Assembly: GCA_051362555.1 (NCBI GenBank)
Contig: CM120642.1
Coordinates: forward strand, 17,112,001-17,176,000
Length of the DNA stretch: 64,000 nt
Source: Lingula anatina
Lineage: Eukaryota > Animalia > Brachiopoda
Direction of reading: 5' to 3'
In this document: one piece after another, positions 1 through 13,900 of the stretch
How positions within the stretch are numbered: position 1 is the stretch's first letter
How the letters are laid out: the number at the start of each line of letters is the position of its first letter
The notes under the pieces: model-generated
What the model saw: the letters and a program-made list of their open reading frames with translations, nothing else
The model's database searches: none
What the model was told of the DNA's origin: nothing
Translations under genes and position numbers: made by a program

Positions 1-1558
1 AACGGGAAACAAAAAGAAAGAAACTCAACAGTAGATTAGGATGGACTTGCTCCTGTGTCCAGGAACAACCCCTAGATTAACTTAGACGGCGTGTCAACAC
101 GTCAACAGGTCTTGTTGACACTGGGTCAGGAAATGGTACAGCAAATAAATAATTCATAACGGCCCAGAATGCTGTTCACGTAAGCGTAAGGTAACAGATC
201 TGTAGATACTGTGAAGTAGGGCCCATTAACTCCCCCTATATGAAATGCAATGACAGGCCTACTAAAATGGCGTCATCAGGCACATTGCATCTTATTAAGC
301 AGAACCAGAAGACGCTTTAACGATGAACAGTATAAACCTGTATTCTGATCAAACTTGAATCTTAAACAAATCTGCCATAAACATTTTATTTTCTAACTTT
401 CATCTTGTGTCATCTTCCAGGAAAGGAGTTCCAATATTCATTATTGCAGAAATAGTTCTGACCATTGCTCACATGAAATAGCCAACGGCTCGTATTTGAA
501 GCTATGCCTCTTCTTTACTTGCTCCTAGTTTGAAAGTACAGGATTAAACCAATATTAGGACCAGTTTTTGTGAGCCAACATTACGCTTAATTCGCTTATA
601 CAAGAATAAATCTTCACATCGTCCACCTACCGACTTCTATAAGAATATCTTCATATTCCACCATTTTAACACTTTCCTGGGGAAATCCTCACTTCTGAAA
701 TCTAGCTAGTGTGTTATTCCTAGACAATATAAGCCGTTCATACCACGTCGGCTGGAGAATTCTGGGTGGGGATGGACTTTGATAAAACCCTCCTCTTTAG
801 AACTGTCTCCGTACAGTGAGTGTGTTGTTGTGTCGTTATTTAAGAAGAGATAAGGTGTATATATACATAAAACTGGATAGGAACGTCTGATGAGAAATTT
901 GGATGAAAGACTAGAGACAGTCATAGCTGTCATAGACCCTCGTTGTTAAGAGGTACCGAGCTGGGACCTTGTTCCACAGGCAGCGAAGCAGGGAAAGTTC
1001 TTATTTCCTGGGAATAACTGTTTATGTATGTCTATATATTAATATCAACAAACAAAGTCATTCTCCAATATTTTTAAGCAAAAACACTTATTTTAGTCTT
1101 TGATATAAAACATTTTGTCATATACAGTGAAAAGCTTGTCAAGCAATTCGATTTGCCTTGTTTCTTCAATTGCCTCTTTTTCAGATACTGTAGGTAGTAT
1201 TGCAATGCCATCTTGCAATTTTCAGACAAATTTGAAGCAGTGATGATATGATTTAACAGCTCTTGCGACTTGTATGGATGTATCATAAGGGAAATGGGTT
1301 ATCGCCGCTGAAACATTTACGTCACACTTAAGAAGTGTTTGCTCAGTCACTATCTGTTGGTATAACGGCGATCAAACTGTATCTTCAAAATAAACAGAAT
1401 ATTTGCAGGACAAATAGAGTATTTGGAGAACTGTGATTGCATGCTGATGTCATAATTCTAAGAGGGAGTGTTCACTAGGATTGTGGAGGGGGGGTAGGGG
1501 GTATGGAGGTTTATCCGAAATTAAGGGAGGGCACGTACCCGCTTTGCCATCTCTGGAC

Positions 1559-1729
1559 CCAGTGTAACGAAATTGAAGGTCCGTGTAACAGAAGGTCCGC
1601 CCTCCATTTAGTTATAATGGTTAGGGTTAGCCTGACCTAGGTGTGTCAAAATCAAGGGCGAGACTTACCTGTACAAATGAATGGGAAGCGGACTCCATAT
1701 TCTTGGGGAGTCTCTGTCACTTACACCGG
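1559..1729. mobile_element. Diverged relative of the 51593-51764 MITE
   Basis: CCAGTGTAA / TTACACCGG ends, same length, shares GGTTAGGGTTAG and ACCTGTACAAA..GGGAA.CGGACT. Confidence 0.65.
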
Positions 1730-1893
1730 CAATATGTAGATCACTTTATACCGGCAATATGTAGACTGCGAAGAAAAAACGTTATCGACTTGGGTTAAGA
1801 CAGTAAGGTTTTATATTGGAATTTTGAAGGGGATTTTAATCAAAACGACACCGGCCCTAGAGCTTTAAATAGGTCTATGTAATTATTCTGTAA

Positions 1894-2112
1894 AGCCCCC
1901 TTTACACTGGACGGCGTCCTTTCTGCGTCCCGTAGTACGGCCCCGTTTGAGAGTGGAAAAAAAATTCTAAACGTGCCGAGAACTGGCCGATCACTTAGAA
2001 TTCATTCTGAAGGCAAAGCTATTCTTGTGCCTCCTTTTTATGACCATAGCGCTGCCAGTTTCATGGTCGCACAAAGGACGCAGAAAGGACGCCGTCCAGT
2101 GTAAAGGGGGTT
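1894..2112. mobile_element. PIF/Harbinger-like MITE
   Basis: TIR AGCCCCCTTTACACTGGACGGCGTCCTTTCTGCGTCC / GGACGCAGAAAGGACGCCGTCCAGTGTAAAGGGGGTT; TAA on both sides (1891-1893, 2113-2115). Confidence 0.85.
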
Positions 2113-2115
2113 TAA

Positions 2116-2300
2116 GAGCTCATTCGAAACAGCGGACTAACAGATCTGCGGATCAAATATGGCCGAACCACTTGAATGCTTGTTGCGTAATCCCCGCGAG
2201 GAATCTATTCAGTGTCTAATCGGGAATTAAGCGGCAAGCATTTTAGTGGGTCGCCATATGTGATCAGCGGATCTGTTAGTTCGCTGTTCTAAATGAGTTC
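2116..2300. mobile_element. Palindromic Harbinger-like MITE abutting the previous one
   Basis: GAGCTCATTCGAAACAGCGGACTAACAGATC... / ...GATCTGTTAGTTCGCTGTTCTAAATGAGTTC imperfect inverted arms; TAA at 2113-2115 and 2301-2303. Confidence 0.8.
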
Positions 2301-4184
2301 TAACACGCAATTGACTATAATAATGCTTGCGTCTTGTTAACATATTTTAGAAATAATGTGAAGCCTAACGTAGATCTACTTTGACATTTCTTTACAAGTT
2401 TAACGCACTAACAAAGCTGCAGATCAATAACAAAATCGAACAGTATCTGAAGCTAGATGTGACCGTGCGCTTTTCGAGGGTCAAAGCACGAAATTTCAAT
2501 TTGATCACTATTCTAATAAATTGGTCATTGCAACTCAGTCTAACCAATTAATTACATGAAAAAATGACTTCCAAAATGGAATACAGCGTTATGAATTTTG
2601 TCGGCAGCCTGTCCCCAGTAACCAATCATAATTAAATAAAAAATTATCAACATTTATATTTCTTCCTCAACAAAAACTAAATGTTAGTTATGCTTGTGCA
2701 ATATGAAAAAAACATGTAAATAACAAAACTTGATTATCCGAAATGTAAAATAATCCCACACGAATAAATCATATAAATAAGAAGATCCCAATCCCAATCT
2801 GTCAGAAATATGCACAAGTGCACATGCATACAAACATACCTACGTATACATTGGACGCACGCGTGATTTAATAAAAAAAATTGGTTACATTTTGTGGTAG
2901 ATGCATTTCGTTTCTCTTCAGTTGTATTTGGCGGTATCTCTGACAAAGTTACATGTAGATAGCTGAAGACAGAAGTGCTTAATAGAACAGATAATGAGGG
3001 CAAATGTTTCAAGGTCACGCTTACAGGGCGTTGGTCAACAGCTAGACAGACAAATACTGTAGATATACGTTTATAAATAGGTACCCACATATAAACGGAC
3101 AGGCTCTTAAAAAGATAACCAACTAAATTAATTAATTAATTAATTAATAAACGTGATTTATAGCTAAATCAGCCAAGAAACAAAAAAATCAATAATCACT
3201 TTATGATCTTTCAATGACAATTGATCGATAAATTTCTATATTTGTAGACAATTAAGTAGAAAACGAAATAAAGAAATTTGGAATATACATACACGTTTCA
3301 AACATCTGGAGATAATTTTCCACATATTATCACTTATTCTTGCATTTGGTGAACTTTATACCCACCATGTTTTGTGTTTCTTTATTCTCTTGGAGATCTA
3401 GGTACCAATTGTTGTAATTGCATACACATTGTTCTGGTATTTACGTGTGCATCCAACCACCCAGAAGTTTGATTGCCGATAACCACGTGGAATCTTGGAA
3501 GGCAGGTGTATAAAGGAATAAAGAATAAAAGTGCGCAGAATTTGTATCGTGCGAGCTTGTACATAAATGTTCATACCTAAGCTGCTGTCATTACGTTCAC
3601 TTGCACAGGCAAGCATACATTCGCCGACTTAACATACAGATACACATGCGAACGCACGCTCGTGTAAACCTACATTCTTAATGCATCTTCTTATCAGGTC
3701 CCGCGGGTCTGACCCTGACTTCACCCTAATTTAACCTAAATTGAACTTAAGGCTAGGGTGACATGGGTTTTTAAAAAAAAATCACCACCTGGATATACCA
3801 GATATAGCCGTATACTATTCAAGGTCATGACCAGGGTTTATTATGTTAACATAAGTTATCTATTGGATAACTGCACAGTGTTTCATCTAGCCGAAACAGA
3901 AGCAAACGCCATCTGAATCTATCTTAACCGTACATGGATGTCAAATGGATGTCATGGTGTGCTTTTAATTGCAGAGTAGATTTCGTTTATTTCTCATGAT
4001 TTCCTTTTCTCGTTAATTGCATACAGAATACGTATCCAGCCGGCAAAAAAAGAATTGCTCTTTTGACCGCCGTCTTTGGTTAATCTTTTCTTGGAAAAGG
4101 AACATTCAAACCGGGATTTCAGAAGAACGAACATCTCAACCTTTTTAAAGACTTCGCCAATTGACTGTCATCGGAAATATTCAA

Positions 4185-4738
4185 ATGGGAGATACAAGAC
4201 ATCAGTTTGCCGTGATTCTAATTCTAAGTTCTCTCAATGCAGACGCTATGATTGTAGACCTCAGTTATCCGTATGATAACCAAACAATGTATCCACTGTC
4301 TATGTCACAGAAGTGGCAGATATGGAACGATCACAGAGGACCCTACAAAAACATCACCTGGTAATAATTTTTACTTTCTCGTCCTAAAGATTTAAAAATG
4401 GGTTTAAGGTCAGTAAAACAGCTGTCTAGCACCGAAGGGATTTTCGAACATGCGTTTGTTTTTTTTTTCCATTTTCGATGAGGTAAATATTGCATTTGAG
4501 AATTAGCAGTACGTATCGTTTAAAGCTAATAATTATCATAAATTCGGGCTGGAAAATGAATTTCGTAAAGGGAAGCAGCATAGGAATAATATTCTATACC
4601 TGATATGAATGTATCAACCTTTTATTTCTTCCTCAGCAAAGACTCTGACAAAGTTCGTGCAATATAGGTCAATGCCCTAAACTCTCGTGGATATAGACCC
4701 TTTGCCTATATACTTACAATGTAGTCTTTGCTGTTTTG

Positions 4739-4769
<31 letters not shown>

Positions 4770-7700
4770 GGGGGGGGCTCAGTTAACACTATGTAGGTGA
4801 CCTTTCAACAACCTCAAGTTGTATCTAATTTTACCATTTATTTGTATTTTCGCTTATCTTTGACTAGACGGTTAGCATTATGGTGAATCTCAAGCTGATG
4901 CAACATCTATTGACCAATATAGTACATGTAGGTGGCCAATGGTAGTAAACGTACGCGTATGTTTGTTTACAATTTCGGAATCTGTTGTGATGACAGTGAT
5001 ACATGACCATTCTTACAGAGATATTGTGTGTTTCTTTGCACTGTGTCGTCCCGATCATCTTATTTTCCATTAAAATATTCTTATTAATGCTGTTGCGTGC
5101 TTTTTTTTGTACTTATTAAATTAATTGCGTGTGCTGTCTGTGCTAAAAAAAACATACATTGCTGAGGGGAGTTTATATATTCCCGAAATGTGCAAATGAG
5201 GTTGACATTAAGTGGTTGTCTTCAAAGGCGAATCTAAACTGTATATCATAGACTTTGAGATCAATGCTAGTGGGTCAATGGTATGTAAAACATAGAAAAG
5301 ATGGACATTTGGTATCTCTTATTTCTAACATCATGAATGCCAGTGAAGATAATTGTAAGATAACCACGTGTCCATGCAAATACAGAGTTAATGATTTTAC
5401 ATGCATGGGATCTTCGATTTTACATTTAAATGTGTTAACAAAATTTTTGAACATAAACGATTCGATTATCTGCTGAGGCTAGCGACTCGAAGCGTAAATG
5501 ACCAACGGCTGCAAGGTGAAGGGTACATGAAGAAAATGATTTTTATGGAAACTGCAGAAGACGAAAAATAATAATAATAAACAAAACAGCTCTAGAAGTC
5601 AAACTCGATAGGGAATTCAAGAGAGCTAGTAGAAAGAAATGTTAATTTTCGGTCCTTCTTCAAAGCTTTCAAAATGTGCCCCATTTTTTTGCAAAGAAAA
5701 ACCATGGAAGAGTGCTTCATTTTTTTTTTTTTTGTTATTCGAACGTCACTTTACATTCTATACATAATTCATGGAAATCGCATGAAAACAATGACAGTGT
5801 AGTGGTAGAAAATGCTGCAGTATTCTTATATTTTCCAGGCTGGAATACAACCACTTCTGTTCATCAGAGCACGGCGGAACACACATCGACGCTCCCAGGC
5901 ATTTTATCAAGAACGGGTGGACGATCGATCAAATACCTCTGGAACGTCTGATAAACTTACCATGTTAGTATAACGTAATGCTTTCTATGTCAATACAAAA
6001 GTAGACGTGATAACTGCTCTAAATTAAGCAAGTGCTCCTCCAAAAGGATAATATATCCAATTAATAATAATAATGATAATAATAATAATGATAACAGATA
6101 AAAAATTCAATGAAAGAGGAAAGAACAATTGTTAGAGGATGACAATTCCAGTTTGGTTCTACCCCCCGCATCTTAAGTTCATGAGTCAAGCAAAATGCTT
6201 CAGGCCTGAAAGTTGTTGTAACATTTAGGTTCTTTCCAGTTTGGTTTTCAAACCAATTATATCTCATTTATTCTGGTGATTATGGCTGAAATCGTAGTCA
6301 TTCAAAGCATAATGACAATATTTATAATTGTGTACACTGAGTACAATTGGGACATTTGTTGTCTCTATAGTCACGTTTTACATATTATGATAATAAAAAA
6401 GAAAATTGGCCGTCCATGGTGCTTTTGTTGTCTTCGATTTTCAATGTCGTTGTTTTATTTGGCATGTGCCAATGTTTCAGAAGTGTTTTATATGATTTTC
6501 AGGTTATGCTATTACCGTCATTTTTCCAAACATAGTGTAGAACTTATATAATGACTATGTGATAACATCTCAAACAATTATGGTGAAGTGTTGCATTGCA
6601 GTGGTTATGCAGTAGTGAACTAACCAATCATATTTATTGGACTTGTAGCATTGGGTCATTTGCATAACTGGTACTATAATAAAGAGCTGCACAGATAGTG
6701 CAGTAGTTAGTTATTGTTCACTTGTGTTAGAGTTGCTTACTTCAGGTGTCCAGGTAGACTTCAGCAGATCTTATTACTTTGAGAAATACAAAAATATTCA
6801 GTGTGCTACAATAGTTCATGGTACTTATAAATACATACAAAATAGGAGATAACTGGTTAGGGCTAGACAATTTGGGACATAGATGAATTTAAAGGCAATT
6901 TCTTCGTAGTCAATTCAGTTCCAAAAACCACACAAACAGTCCCTATAACCACTGAGCTTATTGCATTAAAATTGCCCCCCCCCCCCAATTAGCAAATGAG
7001 CCGGCAGTGCTAGAAACTATACATGTATGTATGTATGTATGTATGAAGACGTTGATCTTTTTCTTCTTCCAGTGGTAGTGATTGATATCAAACAGAAAAC
7101 CTCCGTCAACCCGTCAGCACAGCTTGAGGTGTCTGATCTCCTGAACTGGGAGGCGGCGCACGGGGAGATACCGGATAGGGCCGCCATTATGATGAATTCG
7201 GGATGGACGAAGTACTGGGGAAATGTGACGGCGTTTTTAGGAGGCAGGTGTCTTGGCTTTATAATTAATCAGTAAATTATTATTGATAAATTAACCAATA
7301 TGGGAATTATACGTCATAGTAACAGCGACACATACATTGTAAATCCTGAGTTAAATTTATTGGTTCAAACGATTAAGCTCATGATTGAGCATTATTCTAA
7401 GATTCTTTGCTTGCTGAGTGCTCCTTAGTTTTTTCATTTTCCTACAATATGAATGGTCCATTAACGAAGCTCCTTTCAGAATAAATAATTTGATCGGTTA
7501 TCAAATTTTTATATATATTGTTTTATTGGAGAATTTATTGAAGAAAAATCATGGACGGTATTTCTTTCAGGAAACACTACAGACCAACTACAATTCCCGA
7601 GCGTCAGTCCCGACGCCGCTCAATGGATTCTAGACAATAGGCCCAAAACATACGCTTTTGGCGTGGACACCAATTCTATAGAAAAAGAACCTAGCGTCGA

Positions 7701-7965
7701 ATACCTCACTCATCGCAGACTTTTAGGTCACCAGATCTATATATTTGAACAGGTGGCCTATCTTGATCGAGTCCCGGCGGCAGGGGCGCGCATCACGGCT
7801 TTGCCTGTCAAGATTAAAGGGGGTTCTGGGGGTCCGACGAGGATAGCTGCTTTTTGGGATACAGCAACGCGCTCGAACGTTTCCGGGAAACAATTGCATT
7901 TGATTTTGTTTATAGTGTTAAGTAATGTGGTGCTTAGTCAATTTATTTCAATGCTGCTTATATAG
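4185..7965 (+). CDS. Cyclase-family (PF04199; KynB kynurenine formamidase / isatin hydrolase-like) metal-dependent amidohydrolase, secreted, C-terminal hydrophobic tail; 4 exons, 288 aa
   Basis: Exons 4185-4360, 5839-5963, 7073-7243, 7571-7965 join in frame (867 nt). Motifs: IVDLS, EHGGTHIDAPRHF (HxGTHxDxPxH), VVIDI, NSGW, QFPSVSPDAAQWI, GVDTNSIE, THRRLL..IYIFEQV, LPVKIKGGSGGPTRIAA. N-terminal hydrophobic signal and terminal LHLILFIVLSNVVLSQFISMLLI*. AATAAA at 8337-8342. Confidence 0.92.
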
Positions 7966-8937
7966 ACCTAATTTTTAAACATCTCTCTAACTTCTCTGAG
8001 GCCTGAGTGGAGTTAACTTTTCATGAAGACTAATTATGGATATATACACATCTCTCTATGTCTACCATTGGCTTACCGCACAGAGTATAAGAAATATAAT
8101 TAGGCCCATTTTATCTGTCAAACAGTTACCAGTTACCCGCCTTTTTATTAGGGGAACAAACTACTTAAATGGTCAATTTAAGTTGCTCTTTGTCAACGCC
8201 TTGTATTCGTGTTCACTAACATATTGTATACAGTATATACACGCAGACATCGTCAAGTTGGAATGATACACTGTCCTTGTTTGTTTGCTTGTTTACATAG
8301 GTAAAGATATAAGTGTGAAATTGCTTGCATAATAACAATAAAAAGATCTAATTTTACAGACATTTGTCTCTTTTCTTCTTACATTATTTTTGTACAGCTT
8401 CAGGAAAGAATCCTTATCTTCTAAAGACCGCAATTTTCTCAACAGTTTTGGATTATCTTTCTTATTAATATCAATTAGTTCATTCTATATGTAAAGGTCT
8501 GAGGCTGTCTTTTAGCTAATACTAGTCAATGTACATTTATACACACTACCCCCATTGTGCAGAAATACATTTAAAATGGAGTTGGGTATAGAAAAAAATC
8601 GAGAGTTTATGATTGGTTATGTCACCCTTTTATATGTCATGAAATTTATTTGCACAGATATGTTGAGGTATAAACAAAAATATTATAAAGGTTTCTTTCT
8701 TTCATAGTTGAATGAATTGCCATTGGTTGTGCCAAAACATAATGGCTTGCATATTTTTCTCGATAATCGCTCCTTTTGCCGGCCATTCGGGTCTAGTTGC
8801 TGCTCGTGAAATCACGTGCAACCCCGTCTTAGCCATCTTGAGGCTGTCACGAACGTATATATCTCTACATGCATGCTGTCAAGCAATATACAAGTCAGCT
8901 GGGGTCGCGCATTTCAAACTGCACATATAGTGACTTA

Positions 8938-9159
8938 GACCCCATTCCCATACCTAGAACGATCTAGCAGAATCGATTCATTTCCAAGGGGTTTCTCCCT
9001 AAATTGCTTTCAGCTTAAGCGGCTTAGATGACTGGCACGCTTACTGAAGCTGTTGGGGGTAATTAACTATCGTTTAGCAGCTTCAGTTGGCGTGCCAGAC
9101 TTTTAAGCCACGTAGATGGACCGACCCCATTAGATTGATTTAGGTATGGGAATGGGGTC
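8938..9159. mobile_element. Harbinger-like MITE (family also at ~23885-24100 and ~25690-25900)
   Basis: TIR GACCCCATTCCCATACCTA / TAGGTATGGGAATGGGGTC; TTA at 8935-8937 and 9160-9162; inner palindrome ACTGAAGCTG..CAGCTTCAGT. Confidence 0.85.
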
Positions 9160-9164
9160 TTAGA

Positions 9165-9418
9165 GTCTGTCTCGAGCGCATACCTGCACGCGTTCTGAGG
9201 TCGTAACATGTCCTTGGGGTTGTTTTTTTTTATATAGTATAAGGTGCAGGGAATGCATGTACGACAAGCGGACAAGATCAGATAAAGAAGAATACTAAGT
9301 AGTTGACGAATTGTGTCTTAGTTTACAGTGCTGGGCAACACCACATGTTGTAGCCTACATATATTGTTGTTGCTTTTCAAGAAGAAGTTGAAAAGGAATC
9401 ACAGAAATATTGGGACAG
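9165..9418 (+). other. Candidate non-coding upstream first exon of RGL
   Basis: Perfect donor CAG|GTAAGT at 9419; CpG-containing region with CACGTG, GCCATCTTG (YY1-like) and ATTGG motifs at 8600-8840; no ATG-initiated open frame. Confidence 0.35.
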
Positions 9419-10968
9419 GTAAGTAAACCTATTAAGAAGAACATCTAGGAAAATGGCTTCTGTTTGTAAAGACCTTCAAAACAGTGGAGGGTGAAATGCA
9501 ATTTCATTATGAACAATCGAATAGACTAGCAGGCTGTTAGCCTATAGTGCCACAACTATAGTATCTCACCTAGTTCATGTATTCATTTATTGGGTAAATG
9601 TATTACAATACATATGTGCTCGATTTGTAACATTTAATACGCAATCAATTATATTTTAGATCATTTTCAATATTTCAGTGGGAGGTCTCACCGCAACTTT
9701 ACTGAGCACTTTCGTACACTGTCCTTTAATCATTATAACTAGAAATATTGAAACCTCCCCCCCCCCACCCCCACCCCCAGTCTGCCATCTCCTTGTGCTG
9801 GAAACATGATAGATGGTCAATGTGGCCCTCCCGTGCTTCTTTGACACAAAATGTAACCATTTCCGGTGACAAAATATAGCCACGAAATTTCCAAGTAGGC
9901 CCTATTACAACAAACTCCAAAATAAAACATAGATGGTAAAATAACACCAAGAAGCGAAGGGCATTCGTTTCTGTACGTCTAAATGAATGAAGAATTACAT
10001 GTGGCTGGGAACTAAATTACATACATGTATATACTGTACAAGTCTGTAAATGTCACGAAGTCATATTTGTATGTCTATAGCCCTATATATCCTGCAATTC
10101 AACTTATACTTCCCAAATTAACAACTTTTAAGTAGTTAAATGCCCTCAAATAAAATATGTGGGATTTCCTTCTGAAATATCAGGCAGACGAGGCTAAAAG
10201 ATAATTCGTTTAGATTACATTCGTTTAAATTGAATAATTAGAAATTAATCCAAGTGCAGATATGGGTTGAGCAACGATTTGTGAATAAATTGTTTGATTT
10301 CTTTTTTTCTCGAGGAACATTGGATATGGTGCAAAAACCCCATGCATGATACTCTTGCTTGAAATGTCACAGATGCACAAATTTCAATTGCGCCCAAGTG
10401 CTCCTAACTAGCACACCTAACACATCCAGAAAACTTTTATGCTCGATTCTGATGGATGTTCACTGGCGACACTATTTAAGTAAGTCTTATCTGTCTCGCA
10501 CTAATAACTAAAATAAATTTTTACCGGAATCAGAGCTTTTCGTCAGTAGAACCATATTTTTGCAGTTCTAACATCGAATTTCTTAACATTTTTATTGGCA
10601 TTGTATCACTTTTCAAACTCTATAATAAATGAGTAAATAATTAAAGAAATTAAAAAGAATATCAAGTAATTGTGAAAGTGATGATCCTATAATTTCAACA
10701 TTTCCCTTTCTGAAGTTCTGTGCCCGTGCCTCTTTCCTGTATAACAAACTTGAACGTGAATGCATATTACCTACCTTATTCGCCAGATGTCGCGCGTTGT
10801 TGTGATTGTCGTAAAAGCACAAACTACCCACTGGCGATATAAGTAGGAGGCTGCTTCCGGGTGAGGAAAAGGGGGCATGAGAAGTTCTGTGGAAAAAATA
10901 TTAAGCGCTATGGCGAATCTAGAAAGGGCTTTCGTGCACAGTCGGTAACAGATTCTCGCTCGATAGAT

Positions 10969-13900
10969 ATGAGCTCAGATCATGCAGAAAAAACTGAGAA
11001 ATCTACTGCCAGTATTACAATTCCGGTAAGTTATCTGATCGTTAATTAACTTTGCTTCCGATGCTAGCCTCTAATGCTGTATCCATTCCGATGACTGTGG
11101 TGGAGCACGCTTACCCTGCCAACGATAATGTTGCTCGTGATCGCTCAATGTGGTTAACTGAGTTATTCTCTTGTCTTTTGTTGGACTATGACCGCATCGA
11201 TGATAAACTATGCTGATGCAGTAGCATTTGTTTGTTTATCGGTTAGAATATTGGGGGAAAGTTTTTCAATGCACTCATGTATTTTCTTATTTTGTCTTAT
11301 ATTATCTTCATTGTTTTTTTGGTTAGTTGTACACAATCACTGAAGTATTGTTAAAAATAAATACCTTCACTGTCTATCTCTTATTTGTGAGGCACAGTCT
11401 CTACCATTAAAAAATTTAAAAAAATTGAGGAGTAGTAAAGCATTTAAATTGCACATGTACATATAAAATGGCTTTTCCCCATGTGAAAATTTGGATCAAA
11501 AATTATTTAGTCTGATAAAGAAGTCTTGACCTGTGATGGCGGATGTTAGATAATAGATAATCATAATAAAATGTCTGTCTTTCGGACTTACTTAGAAAGT
11601 TATAAATTCAGTGTTTCAGTATTGTGCATCCCCTGGCTGTAATCACTGAAGTAATTTGCCATTTGATTAAATATTATGAATTAGTCTGTACTATGTGGGT
11701 ATGTATTAACATTATTGTCATGTAGCCTTGACAGCTGGTCAAGAGGTTTAGTGTCTCATGCAGTTTATAAGAACTAGTGTCGTTATGTAAAACTATATTG
11801 GAATAGTCTTAAGATAGTAATTTGTACACATGCAGAACATTTATTATAGTAATGCTAAGTATACTTGTTAGTATTATATAGACACATCCTCCAAGCATAT
11901 AATGAACAGACTACCCATAGAAATTTTGACATTAAACAGTAAAAAAAAAAAAAGAATCACAATTATTTCATAGTTTCATATAATGCTAACTTCAAAATGC
12001 CCAATATGATTTGAAGCAGAAAAAAAAGTTAATCAAAAGATTCTCAGAGATGTCTCTTTTGTGTTATCGTATAAAGCTGCTACCCGGGGTAATAAAGAAA
12101 ACTAGACAAGAAATGTGAAAAGACATGATTGTATTAAGACACATGATTGATGAGGGGATAATTTAATTAGGACTAATAAAGGTGAAGTATGATAGGGAAA
12201 TTGAGTAAAGTTAATTTGATTTATGGCTCGTGGTAACTTTCCTTGAACAGAGTAGAGAGCAGTGCTGAGTTGACACTATTTGTTCTGCATACCTGTATTT
12301 GAAAACCTTCTTCATATAATGCTTATAATGTTACCAGTTGGTTAAAAATATTCTTTATTTTAAGATACTGCTTGATAGTGATTAAGTATGTTCTGCTTTC
12401 AAAACTATTACTGTGCTTATGATTCAACATTGTCTGTGTTCACATCTGTGTCCAGACTGTTACAGAAATGCTCACACCCTTTGTCATCCAGTATTATTGT
12501 TTTGAATAGCTGATGTTGTTACAGTTTTTTTTGTGTGTATTTAGGGTGTCTGTGAGTGTTTGATAACATGCCAAGTTTTTTGTTTACTAGTAAGTGCTCC
12601 TTTAGGTTATATTGAAAAATGGGGCTTGTGGTTTTTAAACATAATAATCACAGTCCTAAATATTATATGATGTTAGCTTCAAGGCAAAGAAGGATGGTTG
12701 TACTATTGAACTATGACACCAGTGCCTTTTTTATAAAATGAACTTCTGGGACTTATTTTTTCTTGTGTATATATATATTTTATTGTCGACATATATGGGG
12801 GTGGGGTGGGTTCTTCTTATAATCAGTAGTGTAACTTAAACCTATTTGGTTCTCTGTGATGCAAAATTTGATCCAGGATCTGGGTCATTTTTTGTTTACA
12901 TCAGGCTTGTTTTGAATATTCTTTCAGTCATTTTATATAAAAGGAAATGTTTATGAACAGGTTTTTGTGAAATAAAAAAAATTGAAATAGAGTTGACAGT
13001 TTGTATGTTGAAACAATTTTTTTGCAAGGTAAAGCAGGAGGTAGCATATTGGTCATTGCTAAAAAAAACTACCATAACTTGAACCTGATGTCCTATTTAA
13101 TATAAGTAGAACATACTTCCTTCTTTTATCAATATAAAGAAGGTTGTAAATCTAACACGTACTTTGACTGACAGTTACACTTAACACCACAACAAACCCA
13201 TGCATTCATTTAAAATAAATACATGGTGATGGATTTTTGATGACACATTAAAGGTTATGTTCATCTCAGTTCACTTTTAAGTAACCCATCCATACAGAAT
13301 CATTAGTCACATTTTGACAGTGACAAATATGGTAGGTTTTTTTAAAAAGGTCATATGTAACAAATGTATTGTCAATCTTTTTCTTTCCAAAATGCCTCAT
13401 ATTAAAATATTTATGAAAAGATCTATGGCATAATTATGTTGCTTTGCAAAAGAGGAGGCATGGGCAGTGTATATTTACTGCATCCATCACTGCATCTATT
13501 TAGTCAAGAATTCTTGCTTTAATGTATGTCTTCTGTTTACTAGATGATGGGCTTTCTTCCTTATGTATAAACCATGAGGGTAATCTCAGCAATAATCTAA
13601 TAAAGATCCCTGGCTATATTTAGCCATTTCATTTACATGTAAACTGCCGGGTGCCAAGTCCAGGCCTTGTTTACATGGAGAAAAGAGATTGGCTTTGATA
13701 CTGTTTCTACTTGGGATCAATTATGAATTACTCCTAATGCATTTTATTCTGAAAGATGTTATTCTAGCATGATGTTAAAAAATTGAAAAAAAAAAAAATG
13801 AATGGAATTTTATATTTTAGAGAATATTTATGTATTTTTTAGTAAAAATGAATTATCATGATAATAGCATGCATTTGACCAAAACAAATTTGACCATTCT

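Noticed and set aside
300-1400. Protein-like minus-strand stretches (e.g. EKEAIEETRQIELLDKLF, ARYLLTTR)
   Set aside because: Multiple stops in every frame, no splice structure and no family I can recognise; a blastx would be needed.
4185-7965. Bacterial contamination or recent horizontal transfer of the cyclase gene
   Set aside because: Three spliceosomal introns, a signal peptide and a poly(A) signal show an integrated animal gene; origin cannot be judged without a phylogeny.
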